A stretch of DNA of 37,720 nucleotides, taken from the IMG/VR virus record IMGVR_UViG_3300047282_000546, positions 1 through 37,720 of that record; one strand, given 5' to 3'. The first letter of the stretch is position 1. Each line of letters begins with the position of its first letter. Origin of the DNA: a virus. Lineage: Duplodnaviria; Caudoviricetes. The notes under the pieces were generated by a model that saw only the letters and a program-made list of their open reading frames with translations, was not told the origin of the DNA and did not search any database. A program made the position numbers and the translations under genes. Positions 15,492 through 24,156 of this stretch are shown piece by piece.

Positions 15492-17422
15492 TTCATAGCC
15501 TCCGTTAGAGCATCATCAACCCACTGATACAAGCGTGGGTGACTGGCTTTTAGGCCAGACGGATTTAGAACAAAATGCACAAAGGCCTCGGCAAACTGCT
15601 CTGTTTCTTTGCTGTGAGCGTACTGAGAGACATAGGTTTCACCCTTCAGTCCCTTGTACTTGTTCGCCAGCTTGGTTGCCGAGAGTCCCCTGTAATGGAC
15701 TTGATGCCCTGTCTCGTGAATCAGGGTGCTCAACCAGCCATCAGGATCCTGGTCTGGCAAACCACCGGCATTCCATGCGGCCTTGGGAGGCTTTTGGCTA
15801 GAGCCGTAATTCTTCTTGTAATAATAGATGTATTCATTTTGCTGAGCCAGCGAAGCGGAGGCCGCATCAATCACCTTCTGCACTGATTTTGCGTCAAGGG
15901 TTTTTGATTGCGCTGTCATATAAGCATTAACAATGCCAGTGTCTCGCGTTGTGTACCCTGCGGCGACACTGCACTTCCCCATCACATATTTCAGGTCTGC
16001 GGTGTTGCCGCTTGACAGGGAATCCATCAAAGACCTGGCGCCTGAGAGTGGGCCTACGGCTTTTAGGTCCGTGGGCCTTTGCTTTTCCAAAACAGCCAAT
16101 GCCTGCTGCTGACTGCGTAGAAGCACCTCACTTTGGGCCAAGCGTTCACCGTTGGCAAACTTTTCAGGCAAGCCGAGATTATAAACAATCTGCTGCTTTT
16201 CCACAAAAGCTCTCATGCGCTTCGCATTTGCACCAACATCGCCTCCAACAGCTTCTAGTTGCTGCCAGCTATCCGCAAAGATCTTTCCAGTTCCCCCCTG
16301 TTTCTTAAATACCAATTCAGTTTGCGATCCTGGCGGCAACACTTGATTCCCCAAGCTGAATGCCGTTGCAGCAGGCTTTGGCTGTTTCTTGACCTTTTCG
16401 CCTACCCGTGGCGGGGTCCACAACGCCTCCGGCGCTTGTTCCATGCCCAGCGCCTTTTCAAAGGGCGTGGGTCCGCTAATCGGCTTCTTGCCCGCAGCCT
16501 CTAGGTCAGCCAGCACATCAGCCCGTGCCTTGGCTTCGGCCTGCGGATCCACCAGGCCCAGCTCCACCCATTCGGGATCCCACGGCGTCACCGTGCAGCG
16601 GCAGTTCGGATGCGCCGGGGCGATCACATCACCGAGCTTGTAGACCTTGCCGTGACGCGGGGCGCAGTAGCCACAGGTACGGCTGCTGCCGACCGCCTGC
16701 CATTGCACCTGCTCAATGCCTTCGGCTTCGTAGCGGAGCTTGGTGCCTTCCACCATTGCGGCGGCCATCTCGGTGCGGGCGACGGTTTGGGCGCGGCTCT
16801 TGGTCAGCTCCACGCTGGTCTGCAGGGTGCTGCGCAGCTGCCGCCAGCTGTCGCCTTGCGCGAGGTGAAACTCCACGGCGCCGATGATCCGGCCGCGTAG
16901 ATCCACATCCACGAGGCGGTTGAGGGTGGCAAAGGCTTGGGTGCCGCGAGCACCGGCGGCGTAGTTCGCCAAGGCGTTCTGGCGTTGGGCGGCAGCGATC
17001 AAAGCGGTGGGGTTCTGCTGCGCCATGCCGGGGCCCAGCAGCAGATCGGCATCGGTGGTGGCGTTAGCGAAGACCTGAGCGGCCTGCTCAGGCGTCAGCT
17101 TGCTGGCCTCCTGCTTCACCTTGTTCAGCTCCGCCAGCGCCCAGAAGTCGGACGACACCTGCCCATCCAGCAGAGCTTGGTTGACGGTTTGCGCCAACTC
17201 AGGCGGCAGGCGCAAGGCGCTTAGCTCTTGGCCGAGCTGTTGCCTGAGGATCAGCAACCGCTGCAGCGGCATTGCGCTGCCACCGTCCAGGCTGCGCTTA
17301 AAGGCCTGCTCAATGCGCGGCTCCATTGCCCGGTAAGCACCGGTGAGGCCGTTGATGATGTCCCGCTCAAACGGGCCGAGCAGGGCATCACTGAGCTTCT
17401 CCCAGCTGTCGGCTGGATCCAT
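15488..17422 (-). CDS. MuF (SPP1 gp7-like) minor head protein with C-terminal zincin metallopeptidase domain
   Basis: RAQTVARTE, TCGYC, PAHPNCRC MuF motifs; C-terminal LIHETGH...VSQYA...EQFAEAF. Confidence 0.88.
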   Translation of the reverse strand: MDPADSWEKLSDALLGPFERDIINGLTGAYRAMEPRIEQAFKRSLDGGSAMPLQRLLILRQQLGQELSALRLPPELAQTVNQALLDGQVSSDFWALAELNKVKQEASKLTPEQAAQVFANATTDADLLLGPGMAQQNPTALIAAAQRQNALANYAAGARGTQAFATLNRLVDVDLRGRIIGAVEFHLAQGDSWRQLRSTLQTSVELTKSRAQTVARTEMAAAMVEGTKLRYEAEGIEQVQWQAVGSSRTCGYCAPRHGKVYKLGDVIAPAHPNCRCTVTPWDPEWVELGLVDPQAEAKARADVLADLEAAGKKPISGPTPFEKALGMEQAPEALWTPPRVGEKVKKQPKPAATAFSLGNQVLPPGSQTELVFKKQGGTGKIFADSWQQLEAVGGDVGANAKRMRAFVEKQQIVYNLGLPEKFANGERLAQSEVLLRSQQQALAVLEKQRPTDLKAVGPLSGARSLMDSLSSGNTADLKYVMGKCSVAAGYTTRDTGIVNAYMTAQSKTLDAKSVQKVIDAASASLAQQNEYIYYYKKNYGSSQKPPKAAWNAGGLPDQDPDGWLSTLIHETGHQVHYRGLSATKLANKYKGLKGETYVSQYAHSKETEQFAEAFVHFVLNPSGLKASHPRLYQWVDDALTEAMK

Positions 17423-18945
17423 CAGCTACCCGGCAGGGCCTGGGGCGGGAGCATCACGCCGCCTTCCATCAGCAGGCGGTCGCGCTCCAGTCGGGACTGC
17501 AGTTCGGCTTGGTGATCGGCATCCATGCCAAGCACTTCGGCTTCCACGTCGAAGTCCACCGGCAGGATGCCGCCGCGTTGCAGCAGCTCCAGCGCGGTTT
17601 GCTTGCTGAGGTAGCCGCCATCGGCCAGGCTCTGGATCTGGGCCACCTGCTGCGGCTCCAGCTTGGATTCCAACGCCTGCGCTGCGATCTGCAGGTTGCC
17701 GGTCGGTTCTTCCCCGGTGTATTCACACCAGAGGAATTGGATCTGCTCAAACAGGTTGGCCTTCTGCATCCCTGCAAGGCTCAAGCCGCTCTGCACCTGC
17801 CCGGCCTGCAGGCGTGCCTGCGTGGCGGTGACGGCCTCCTTGCCAGACATGAAGGCGAGCGTCTCGTTGTTGATCAGCTCTTCGATGTGCAGCAGGTGCT
17901 GCTGCTGTTGCTGCAGGCTGCTGCCGCTCGGTTCCGCAAAGCTGAAGTCGCCATCAGTGGGCACATCGACGACGCTGTTCGGGCCGATCACCAACGGCGG
18001 CGGTGTTTGCCCATCCATCAGCAGCGCACCACGGCGCACGGGCACCGGCAGCGCACAGCGATGCAGCAGCTCATTGAGGTCAGAGCGGCTGCGGTAGTGC
18101 TGCAGGGTGAGCAGCGCCAGCTCGCGGAACGGCGGTAGGCCATGGCCCCAGCGTTGGAGTTGCGGGCTGTACCAAACCAGCGGCACATCCATCACGCTGG
18201 TGAAGCCTTCCTCCACCAGCAGTAGCTTCTGCGTGGCACCGAGCTGGCGGTTGATCTGCCACACCTGGAAGGCACCAGGGGTGAGCACGCGGAAAAAGGG
18301 CTCAACGGTGAAGCCGAAGTCCCCGGCCTCCACCTCACGCCACTCCAGCAGCGTGGCTTGAATTAGCCGCTCCTGGCCAGCGATGTATTCCGTGCGCCAG
18401 TTGAGGATGTTGCGGCGCTCCAGCAGCACCAAGTAGGGCTGCCGTCCGAGGGCGAGGCGATCCGCTTCCGAGGGCACCGCGACTTGCTGCGGCATCTCCA
18501 CCATCACCGCGCAGCCGCCATCGCGCATCGCCAGCGCATCGGCCATCGCAATAAAGGCGGTGAGGTTGTTGCCGAGCTGATCAATGTCATCAAGCTGCTG
18601 CTCAAGACTGGGCGGCAGATCGGTGACGGTGAACTGCGACAGGATGCCGGCCATCGCCTCAATGGCCTTGCGGAAGCTCGGCACATAGGTGGCGCGTGCC
18701 AAGCGCGAGCGATAGGCGCGGTCGGGCTCTTTGACTTCCTGGGGCAGGTAAGTGCTTTCTGCACCACGCAGCCCTAACCAGCAATCGGCCAGCAGGGTGA
18801 GATCGGGCTCAATGTCCCGCAACACCGGATGCTTCCAGGTCGGCAGGTTTGGCGCATCAAAGAGATCGCCGTCAATGGCAGGCCTGCCGTCCATCCATGT
18901 GATCTTCTTCCGTGCCCTGAAATTGCCGCTGATGGTTACAGCCAA
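17422..18945 (-). CDS. Portal protein (DUF4055-like)
   Basis: 507 aa; YLPQEVKE...AYRSRLARA, PPFRELALL..QHYRSRSD, TATQA motifs; follows terminase. Confidence 0.88.
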   Translation of the reverse strand: MAVTISGNFRARKKITWMDGRPAIDGDLFDAPNLPTWKHPVLRDIEPDLTLLADCWLGLRGAESTYLPQEVKEPDRAYRSRLARATYVPSFRKAIEAMAGILSQFTVTDLPPSLEQQLDDIDQLGNNLTAFIAMADALAMRDGGCAVMVEMPQQVAVPSEADRLALGRQPYLVLLERRNILNWRTEYIAGQERLIQATLLEWREVEAGDFGFTVEPFFRVLTPGAFQVWQINRQLGATQKLLLVEEGFTSVMDVPLVWYSPQLQRWGHGLPPFRELALLTLQHYRSRSDLNELLHRCALPVPVRRGALLMDGQTPPPLVIGPNSVVDVPTDGDFSFAEPSGSSLQQQQQHLLHIEELINNETLAFMSGKEAVTATQARLQAGQVQSGLSLAGMQKANLFEQIQFLWCEYTGEEPTGNLQIAAQALESKLEPQQVAQIQSLADGGYLSKQTALELLQRGGILPVDFDVEAEVLGMDADHQAELQSRLERDRLLMEGGVMLPPQALPGS

Positions 18946-19556
18946 CCGGCATCCATTTGATCAGCGCTGTCGTGCAGCTCAAAGCCTCCGAGTTCGTGAC
19001 CCATGCCGGCGGTTGCGCGGAGGTCGAGCTTGAGTTCATCGCTGCTGATGCCAAGCTTTTCGCACACCTGCGCCATGGTCTCGCCACGCTCCAGCAGGCG
19101 GCGGGCTTGCATGCCGCGCTGCCGCACTGCACCGGGGGCCTTCAGCCAGAAGTTGTGATCGCGGATGTAGTGCCGCCACTCGCCCAGGATGAAGGGCAGG
19201 GCGATGGTGGAGAACTTGAAGCCCTTGGCCGGGTCGTAGCGGCGCACGGCTTTGAGCAGACCGATCAGCCCGAGGCTGTAGAGATCTTCCACCTCAATGC
19301 AGCGGTACTTATGGAACTGCTGCTTGATGATTGTCTTGAGCAGCGGGATGTGCTGCTGCACCATGCGCTCCTCAGCGCGGCGTTTGCGCGGGCAGTGCTC
19401 TTGGTAGAGCAGGGTGCGGGGGCGGTCTGACTTGGGCTTGCGCGGCGGCAGCTTGCCGGTCGGTAGCGGTGCGGGCTGCCATGGCCCCTGCGGCAGATGC
19501 TCCAGGCCGAAGCTGAGCTGGCCATCAGGGATGTGGTGCTTGCTAGCCCTAGCCAT
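18936..19556 (-). CDS. SigF/SigB-type sigma factor, apparently lacking region 4
   Basis: EDLYSLGLIGLLKAVRRYDPAKGFKFSTIALPFILGEWRHYIRD is a group-3 region 2; only one short HTH follows. Confidence 0.85.
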   Translation of the reverse strand: MARASKHHIPDGQLSFGLEHLPQGPWQPAPLPTGKLPPRKPKSDRPRTLLYQEHCPRKRRAEERMVQQHIPLLKTIIKQQFHKYRCIEVEDLYSLGLIGLLKAVRRYDPAKGFKFSTIALPFILGEWRHYIRDHNFWLKAPGAVRQRGMQARRLLERGETMAQVCEKLGISSDELKLDLRATAGMGHELGGFELHDSADQMDAGWL

Positions 19557-19561
19557 GACCG

Positions 19562-20956
19562 TCACCAGATCGCTCCTTGGCCGTAGGAGACCGCTGCAGA
19601 GGTGGCGATAGCGGGACGGGAACGCAGCCAGGCGAGGCCTTGACTGAGGGCGTCCACTTGGTCGTCGTGCGCGGCGTTGGGGAAGGCGGCGGCCTCTTCG
19701 ATCAGGGCGGAGGCCCAGCTGCTGCGCTCCGGCAGGTAGACGTTGCCCGCTTCGATCATCGGGGAGATGGCGGCAGCGCGTGAGAACTTCCCGCCTTGAG
19801 GATTGACGGCGATCAGGCCAGGGATCTTGCTCTTAAGCATGGAGATCACGGCCGGGCCATTGGCCTTGTCTTCCACGACGGTGGCGACGGGCTTGTAGCG
19901 GTTAAAGGTGTTGACGATGGCGGGGATGGTTTCGGTGATGTCCAGGCGGTCGCGGATGCAGTCGAGCAGGTAGAAGGCCGCGCCTTTCTGGGCAATCACC
20001 AGGCCGACCACGTAGTCAGTGTTGGGGCCGTCTTTGAAGGTGAGATCCCAGCTCGTGATGATGCGGTCGAAGCTGGGTTGCTCGCGGTAGGTCTGCCACC
20101 AGGAGCGCTTGAACAGACCACCAGCTGGTGGGGAGGGGCGCTGTTGGAACAGGGCGTTGAAGCCGTATTCACCGAGAACGCGGCGGCGATCTTCCAAGGC
20201 CTCGCGGTCGTAACGCGCAGGGCAGAGCGGTTCACCGGGTTGGCGCTCAAGGGGGTCGCCTTCCTCAGCGATGGCCGGCAGGTTCACCACCGTCCAGTTG
20301 TCGGCGTCTTCGGAGTTGAGGATGCGCCCGGCCAAGTCGTCTTCATGCCAGCGCGTCATGGTGAGCACCACAGCGCCACCGGGTTCCAGACGGGTGTAGA
20401 GGTCGTCGCGGTACCAGTTCCAGACGCGCTCGCGGTAGGCCTCGGACTCGGCCTCCTCCCGTGATTTCACGGGGTCGTCGATGATGATCAGGTTGGCGCC
20501 AAGGCCGGTGATGCCGGCACCAACGCCAACGGCTCTGAGGCCACCGCCTTCGATGGTGTCCCACTGCTCCACGGCCTTGCGGTCTGAGGCGAGGGAGAGC
20601 AGGTCTTGCGCGATGCGGCGTGCTTTGCGGCTGAACGTGTTGGCGAGGGTTTGGGAATAGGCGGCGATCACCACGCGCTGCGCGGGGTCTTGCTGCAGGC
20701 GGAAGACGGGGTAGCGGATGGTGCCCATCTCGCTTTTGCCGTGGCGCGGGGGCACGGTGATCACGAGGCGCTTGAGGGTGCCTGCGGTGATGTCGTCAAG
20801 CTTTTCGCGAATGTGCTTGAGGTGCGGCCAGTTCCAGGTGAACGCCGGCGACTGCTCTGTGAGCCAGTCCGAGAAAGAGGTTGGAAGTGCGGCCTGCTTG
20901 CGCTCTTCCCCGATGGAGAGAGGGGAGTGAGCGGGTACAGCAAGGCAGCCGGTCAT
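19562..20956 (-). CDS. terL: Terminase large subunit
   Basis: Walker A PPRHGKS, Walker B LIIIDDP, MTRWHEDD, SWD, VEDKANG, FPNAAHDDQVDA. Confidence 0.96.
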   Translation of the reverse strand: MTGCLAVPAHSPLSIGEERKQAALPTSFSDWLTEQSPAFTWNWPHLKHIREKLDDITAGTLKRLVITVPPRHGKSEMGTIRYPVFRLQQDPAQRVVIAAYSQTLANTFSRKARRIAQDLLSLASDRKAVEQWDTIEGGGLRAVGVGAGITGLGANLIIIDDPVKSREEAESEAYRERVWNWYRDDLYTRLEPGGAVVLTMTRWHEDDLAGRILNSEDADNWTVVNLPAIAEEGDPLERQPGEPLCPARYDREALEDRRRVLGEYGFNALFQQRPSPPAGGLFKRSWWQTYREQPSFDRIITSWDLTFKDGPNTDYVVGLVIAQKGAAFYLLDCIRDRLDITETIPAIVNTFNRYKPVATVVEDKANGPAVISMLKSKIPGLIAVNPQGGKFSRAAAISPMIEAGNVYLPERSSWASALIEEAAAFPNAAHDDQVDALSQGLAWLRSRPAIATSAAVSYGQGAIW

Positions 20957-21285
20957 TGCAGCAGGCCTAGGAGTTCGGACTGCAGACGAACAGCACCAAC
21001 GACAGCGGAGAGCTGATTGGACTCCATGGCTTTGTTGATGGTGGCCTCAAGGGTTTGAAGGCGAGCGGCTTTCTTTTCAGCGAGGGTGGAGTTGTCCCAG
21101 GTTGTGTAGAGGAGTTGTTTGGCGCAGTTGAGCCACTTATCTGCGGTGGTGCGCGATACCCCCCAACGTGAGCGAATAACTGGGATAACGGAAAGCTCGT
21201 TTTTACCGATTGCCATGCACTCGGCTATCTCCGTCCAGATGTCTAGGAGTTCCTCGTGTGTGTAGTGAGTCTTCTCTTTTGCCAT
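20953..21285 (-). CDS. Terminase small subunit (putative)
   Basis: HTH-like RWGVSRTTADKW; ATGA overlap with terL. Confidence 0.7.
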   Translation of the reverse strand: MAKEKTHYTHEELLDIWTEIAECMAIGKNELSVIPVIRSRWGVSRTTADKWLNCAKQLLYTTWDNSTLAEKKAARLQTLEATINKAMESNQLSAVVGAVRLQSELLGLLQ

Positions 21286-21294
21286 GGCCTGAGT

Positions 21295-21609
21295 TTAACC
21301 GGAGGCCGGGAGGAAGAGTGTTCCGTCTGAGGCGAGGATGTTGAGCTTGTCTTCTGCGTCAGCGAAGGATGTGGCCCAGATGGAGGCCATGCGAGCGACA
21401 GGTTCGGGGGAGACGGTGTAGAGGAACAGGTAGTGGCCTCGGAGTGAACGAGTGCCGGATGTGGGGAGGTAGGCGCCGGTGAGGCGGAAGGTAGCGAGGA
21501 GATTGCGAGCGATGTGTTCGGCGAGTTCAGCGTCTGCTTCGTGCTGAAGGATCAGGCCGAACGGTTCGCCTGTATTGGGGTCTTCTGCAACGATGGACCA
21601 GGGTTCCAT
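21295..21609 (-). CDS. Hypothetical protein, first gene of the late operon
   Basis: ATG 21609 (MEPWSIVAED...) sits 21 nt below a late motif. Confidence 0.6.
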   Translation of the reverse strand: MEPWSIVAEDPNTGEPFGLILQHEADAELAEHIARNLLATFRLTGAYLPTSGTRSLRGHYLFLYTVSPEPVARMASIWATSFADAEDKLNILASDGTLFLPASG

Positions 21610-21628
21610 GGCACAAGGTGCCTTTGGA

Positions 21629-22159
21629 TCAAGTTGCCAGAGGAATGATGGTGATGAGAGCGCCAGGTTTTTCTTCTGGCGTGCAGTAGCGCTTGTGAGC
21701 AGCGAGTTGCACCACCTGCGAATCGTCGTGAAGAAGGGTGCCAGTGAGGGCATCGAGAATGGCGCGTGAGAGTTTGTCGATGTCGCCCTTTTGCTTGGAG
21801 GTTAGGTGGGCTGGAGCGCTTGGGGATAGGCCGGATTTGTTGTAGTGACCCTTGGCGCGGAGGAAGCGGAAGGTGATTGAGATGGAGACGGGATGGTTGA
21901 GCAGGGGGTGATTGGTGGCGAGGGCAGCGTCGGCGACAAGGGAGCGCCAGGCAGGGAGGCGTGCGTTGGTTTCACGCATGATTCCGTGACCAACGTGGCG
22001 TTTACTGCCTTGTGTGGCGGGGTCCATGCCAATAGCGTCAAAGGTGACGGCGCTAGGCGCGGACGATGATGGTGGCGGTGTTGATGCGGGATTGTTCTCG
22101 TTCAATCCACCAGCGTTCTGCTGTGAGGGCGTGAGCAGGGTCTGCGGAGAAGGTGCCAT
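21629..22159 (-). CDS. rusA: RusA-like Holliday junction resolvase (true start probably downstream)
   Basis: PATQGSK, AWR..V, DIDKLSRAILDALT...DDSQVV motifs. Confidence 0.88.
   Translation of the reverse strand: MAPSPQTLLTPSQQNAGGLNENNPASTPPPSSSAPSAVTFDAIGMDPATQGSKRHVGHGIMRETNARLPAWRSLVADAALATNHPLLNHPVSISITFRFLRAKGHYNKSGLSPSAPAHLTSKQKGDIDKLSRAILDALTGTLLHDDSQVVQLAAHKRYCTPEEKPGALITIIPLAT
21631..21638 (-). promoter_or_regulatory. Putative late promoter heading the packaging operon
   Basis: GGCAACTT overlapping the rusA stop. Confidence 0.65.
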
Positions 22160-22226
22160 TAACGGTTAGGAACTGACCGCAGAGGGTGACGAGCTTGCAG
22201 GGCTGGTATTCAGGCCGCTTGGTCAT
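22053..22226 (-). CDS. Hypothetical protein
   Basis: 57 aa ORF in the tightly packed leftward operon. Confidence 0.5.
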   Translation of the reverse strand: MTKRPEYQPCKLVTLCGQFLTVNGTFSADPAHALTAERWWIEREQSRINTATIIVRA

Positions 22227-22482
22227 CTCTTGGTTTGCCAATCGCGGTGATCGCAGCAGCGACGATGGCCTCCAGTTGCTGTCGGGGGATGCCGGAGACG
22301 GTGCGAGCGGCAGCGTCTACAGCCCGTTGATAGGCAGCGAGGTTGACGGTGGCTGTGGGGAGGGTGCCAACAGCGCGATGGCGGATCAGTTCACCACGGG
22401 TGGTGGTGAGTGCTTGCGCCTGTTGATCGAGGTAGGTGCGTTCATCTGGGGTGAGCCAGATTTTGGTTTCAACGCGCTTCAC
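22210..22482 (-). CDS. Ribbon-helix-helix-like DNA-binding protein
   Basis: VETKIWLTPDERTYLDQQAQALTTTRGELIR fits the strand-helix-helix pattern. Confidence 0.6.
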   Translation of the reverse strand: MKRVETKIWLTPDERTYLDQQAQALTTTRGELIRHRAVGTLPTATVNLAAYQRAVDAAARTVSGIPRQQLEAIVAAAITAIGKPRDDQAA

Positions 22483-22828
22483 TGATGGTCCAGTAGGTGG
22501 TGAGTTTTACCGTGGCCTCGCCCAAGGCGAGTGATAGTCGTTCGGATGCCTTGAGCTGCTCGCGTAGTTCAAGGATGTGAGCTGGGTAGGTGTAGGACTT
22601 GCGGCTGCGGCGTGTGATCTTGCAGTCATTCCACGCGAGCGATTCCTCTGCTTCACCCGCTTCCACCAGTTGATCCAATAGGTCAAGCAGCTCTTGTCGT
22701 CGGGCTTGGATTTCCTTCTCACGTCTTGCTAGGTGTGTGAGTTCTTCTAGCAGCGGTTCAAGAGAAGGCTGTGTAGACGAGTGCAGCGATGAGGATGCAA
22801 GTCCAGATGAAGGTGATGCGGTCGCCAT
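22469..22828 (-). CDS. Hypothetical coiled-coil protein (start uncertain)
   Basis: LEELTHLARREKEIQARRQELL coiled coil, then RKSYTY. Confidence 0.6.
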   Translation of the reverse strand: MATASPSSGLASSSLHSSTQPSLEPLLEELTHLARREKEIQARRQELLDLLDQLVEAGEAEESLAWNDCKITRRSRKSYTYPAHILELREQLKASERLSLALGEATVKLTTYWTISEAR

Positions 22829-22952
22829 GACGATCAAGGAAGGAGCGTTTGGGTTGTGGGGTGCGGTGCGGGCGTCGGGTGGGTTGCACGGGTCTGGCGT
22901 AGACGCGGCGGGTGGAGCGGGTGACAAAAGGAGGAAGGGAGGGAGCGGTCAT
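22758..22952 (-). CDS. Small membrane protein
   Basis: Basic N-terminus and C-terminal hydrophobic helix; ATGA-coupled. Confidence 0.55.
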   Translation of the reverse strand: MTAPSLPPFVTRSTRRVYARPVQPTRRPHRTPQPKRSFLDRHGDRITFIWTCILIAALVYTAFS

Positions 22953-23119
22953 TGGTGAGGCCTCCAGCCGTTGCGGTAGGCGAGGGAGATGAGGGTTTGA
23001 CGGTTGTGGGTGAAGTAGGGGATGCCGTTGTCGTCGAGGTAGTCCTGAGCGGATTCCTCGTGCTCGTCGGAGAGCAGGGCCGTGGCGAGGAGGGACTGCA
23101 GCTCGCTAGCGCTAGTCAT
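22949..23119 (-). CDS. Hypothetical protein
   Basis: MTSASELQ...LAYRNGWRP; ATGA-coupled on both sides. Confidence 0.6.
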   Translation of the reverse strand: MTSASELQSLLATALLSDEHEESAQDYLDDNGIPYFTHNRQTLISLAYRNGWRPHQ

Positions 23120-23367
23120 TGGAAGCGAGCGAAGGAGTTGCGGGACTCGGCCGAGCGGCATTCATCGGCCCAATCGCCGGAGTCGGCCTTGACGGCGGGA
23201 GGCACGAACTGAACGGTGTAGGGGATGCCCGCCTCAGCAAAGGTGGCGTGCATGTCGCTGAGATCGTGCTCGTGGCACCAGTCGGAGAGGATTGCGCTGT
23301 TGAAGAGATAGCGCTCAGCCCAACCGGACGGCGGGAGATCTGGGAGAACCGTGCAGAGCGGGTTCAT
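23116..23367 (-). CDS. Hypothetical protein, first gene after the leftward early promoter
   Basis: 83 aa ORF starting 36 nt below the -10 box. Confidence 0.65.
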   Translation of the reverse strand: MNPLCTVLPDLPPSGWAERYLFNSAILSDWCHEHDLSDMHATFAEAGIPYTVQFVPPAVKADSGDWADECRSAESRNSFARFQ

Positions 23368-23403
23368 GGGTGGTTGTGCGGTGGGGTCGCCCCCTTGATC
23401 AGG

Positions 23404-23432
23404 AGAATAGGCTAGCCAACGCTAGGCGTCAA
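23404..23432 (-). promoter_or_regulatory. Sigma70-type early promoter with paired CTAG boxes in the spacer
   Basis: TTGACG-cctagcgttggctagcc(17)-TATTCT. Confidence 0.8.
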
Positions 23433-23452
23433 GGTCTGGCTAGCGATTGGGT

Positions 23453-23525
23453 GCCGGGATTCCGATGGTGCCGCATGCACCTGCCCTGATTCCCCTTGCG
23501 GGTGTTGTATTCGGGCCATCCCGGC
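23453..23525 (+). ncRNA. Candidate structured RNA (long imperfect hairpin)
   Basis: GCCGGGAT/ATCCCGGC, CCGA/TCGG and GCACCTGC/GCGGGTGT stems; G-U pairs favour the + strand. Confidence 0.45.
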
Positions 23526-23996
23526 GGTTCAAGAGTGCCACGGGATGGGTCCGCAGTGGACTAGCTGAAGCTACTTAGCGAAGCTTTGCGCTATGGCTGC
23601 TTAGCCCTAGCAAGCAATCTGCAGCAGATCCAGCTGTTGCATCGGAGCTGGCAAAGGCTGAGCGCCCCACTGCTGAGCCATGGCAACAGCTACGCCTTGA
23701 TAGGTGCGGCTGCGTTCTTTCCAGCGATCAGGCCCTGGCGGCATGCGATGCACTCGCTGCTCACGACCTTGAACGCAGTGGGTCGGGGTCAACTTGGGCA
23801 GATTCTTCAGCCAAAGGCAAGTGGCTTTGACTTCACCGTGGCCGTATTGCCACGGCTGGATGATCTGATCGGGCGGCCGGATCGCAGAGCTGATCACGCT
23901 GACCGGGTTCTCAATGCACCACCGCTCAATAGGTGCCGCCATGAGTAGGCGCACGAAGGCAAGCGCTTCTGCTTGTTCACGTTGCTTGCGATGGAA

Positions 23997-24048
23997 GGCC
24001 CGGCAGCGTTGAGGCCGGCACCGCGTGAGGACCGGCTACCGGGCACCC
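23997..24048 (-). ncRNA. Covarying structured element, copy A
   Basis: 37/52 gapless identity to 32609-32660 with four compensatory base-pair changes. Confidence 0.7.
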
Positions 24049-24156
24049 CATTGCACAGCCCGATGCCGAGGCAGAGCGGGAACCAGCCCATTGTAGGGAA
24101 GGTGACTACTTGCCCCAGCGGGCAATGCAAGCTTCAGCAAACGCAGCCATGCTTCC
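23997..24156 (-). other. 160-nt insertion in the methyltransferase, containing stops and a structured element
   Basis: Junctions ...CGG CAC|GGAAGC and CCGGGCC|TTC CAT; length not a multiple of 3. Confidence 0.8.

Noticed and set aside
23894-24130. 78-aa ORF spanning the insert as a cargo gene
   Set aside because: Runs through the structured element and out of frame into the MTase; no recognisable features
23997-24156. Group I or II intron, or IS/MITE
   Set aside because: No U-before/G-end boundaries, no GUGYG start or domain V, no terminal inverted repeats within the insert, no target duplication
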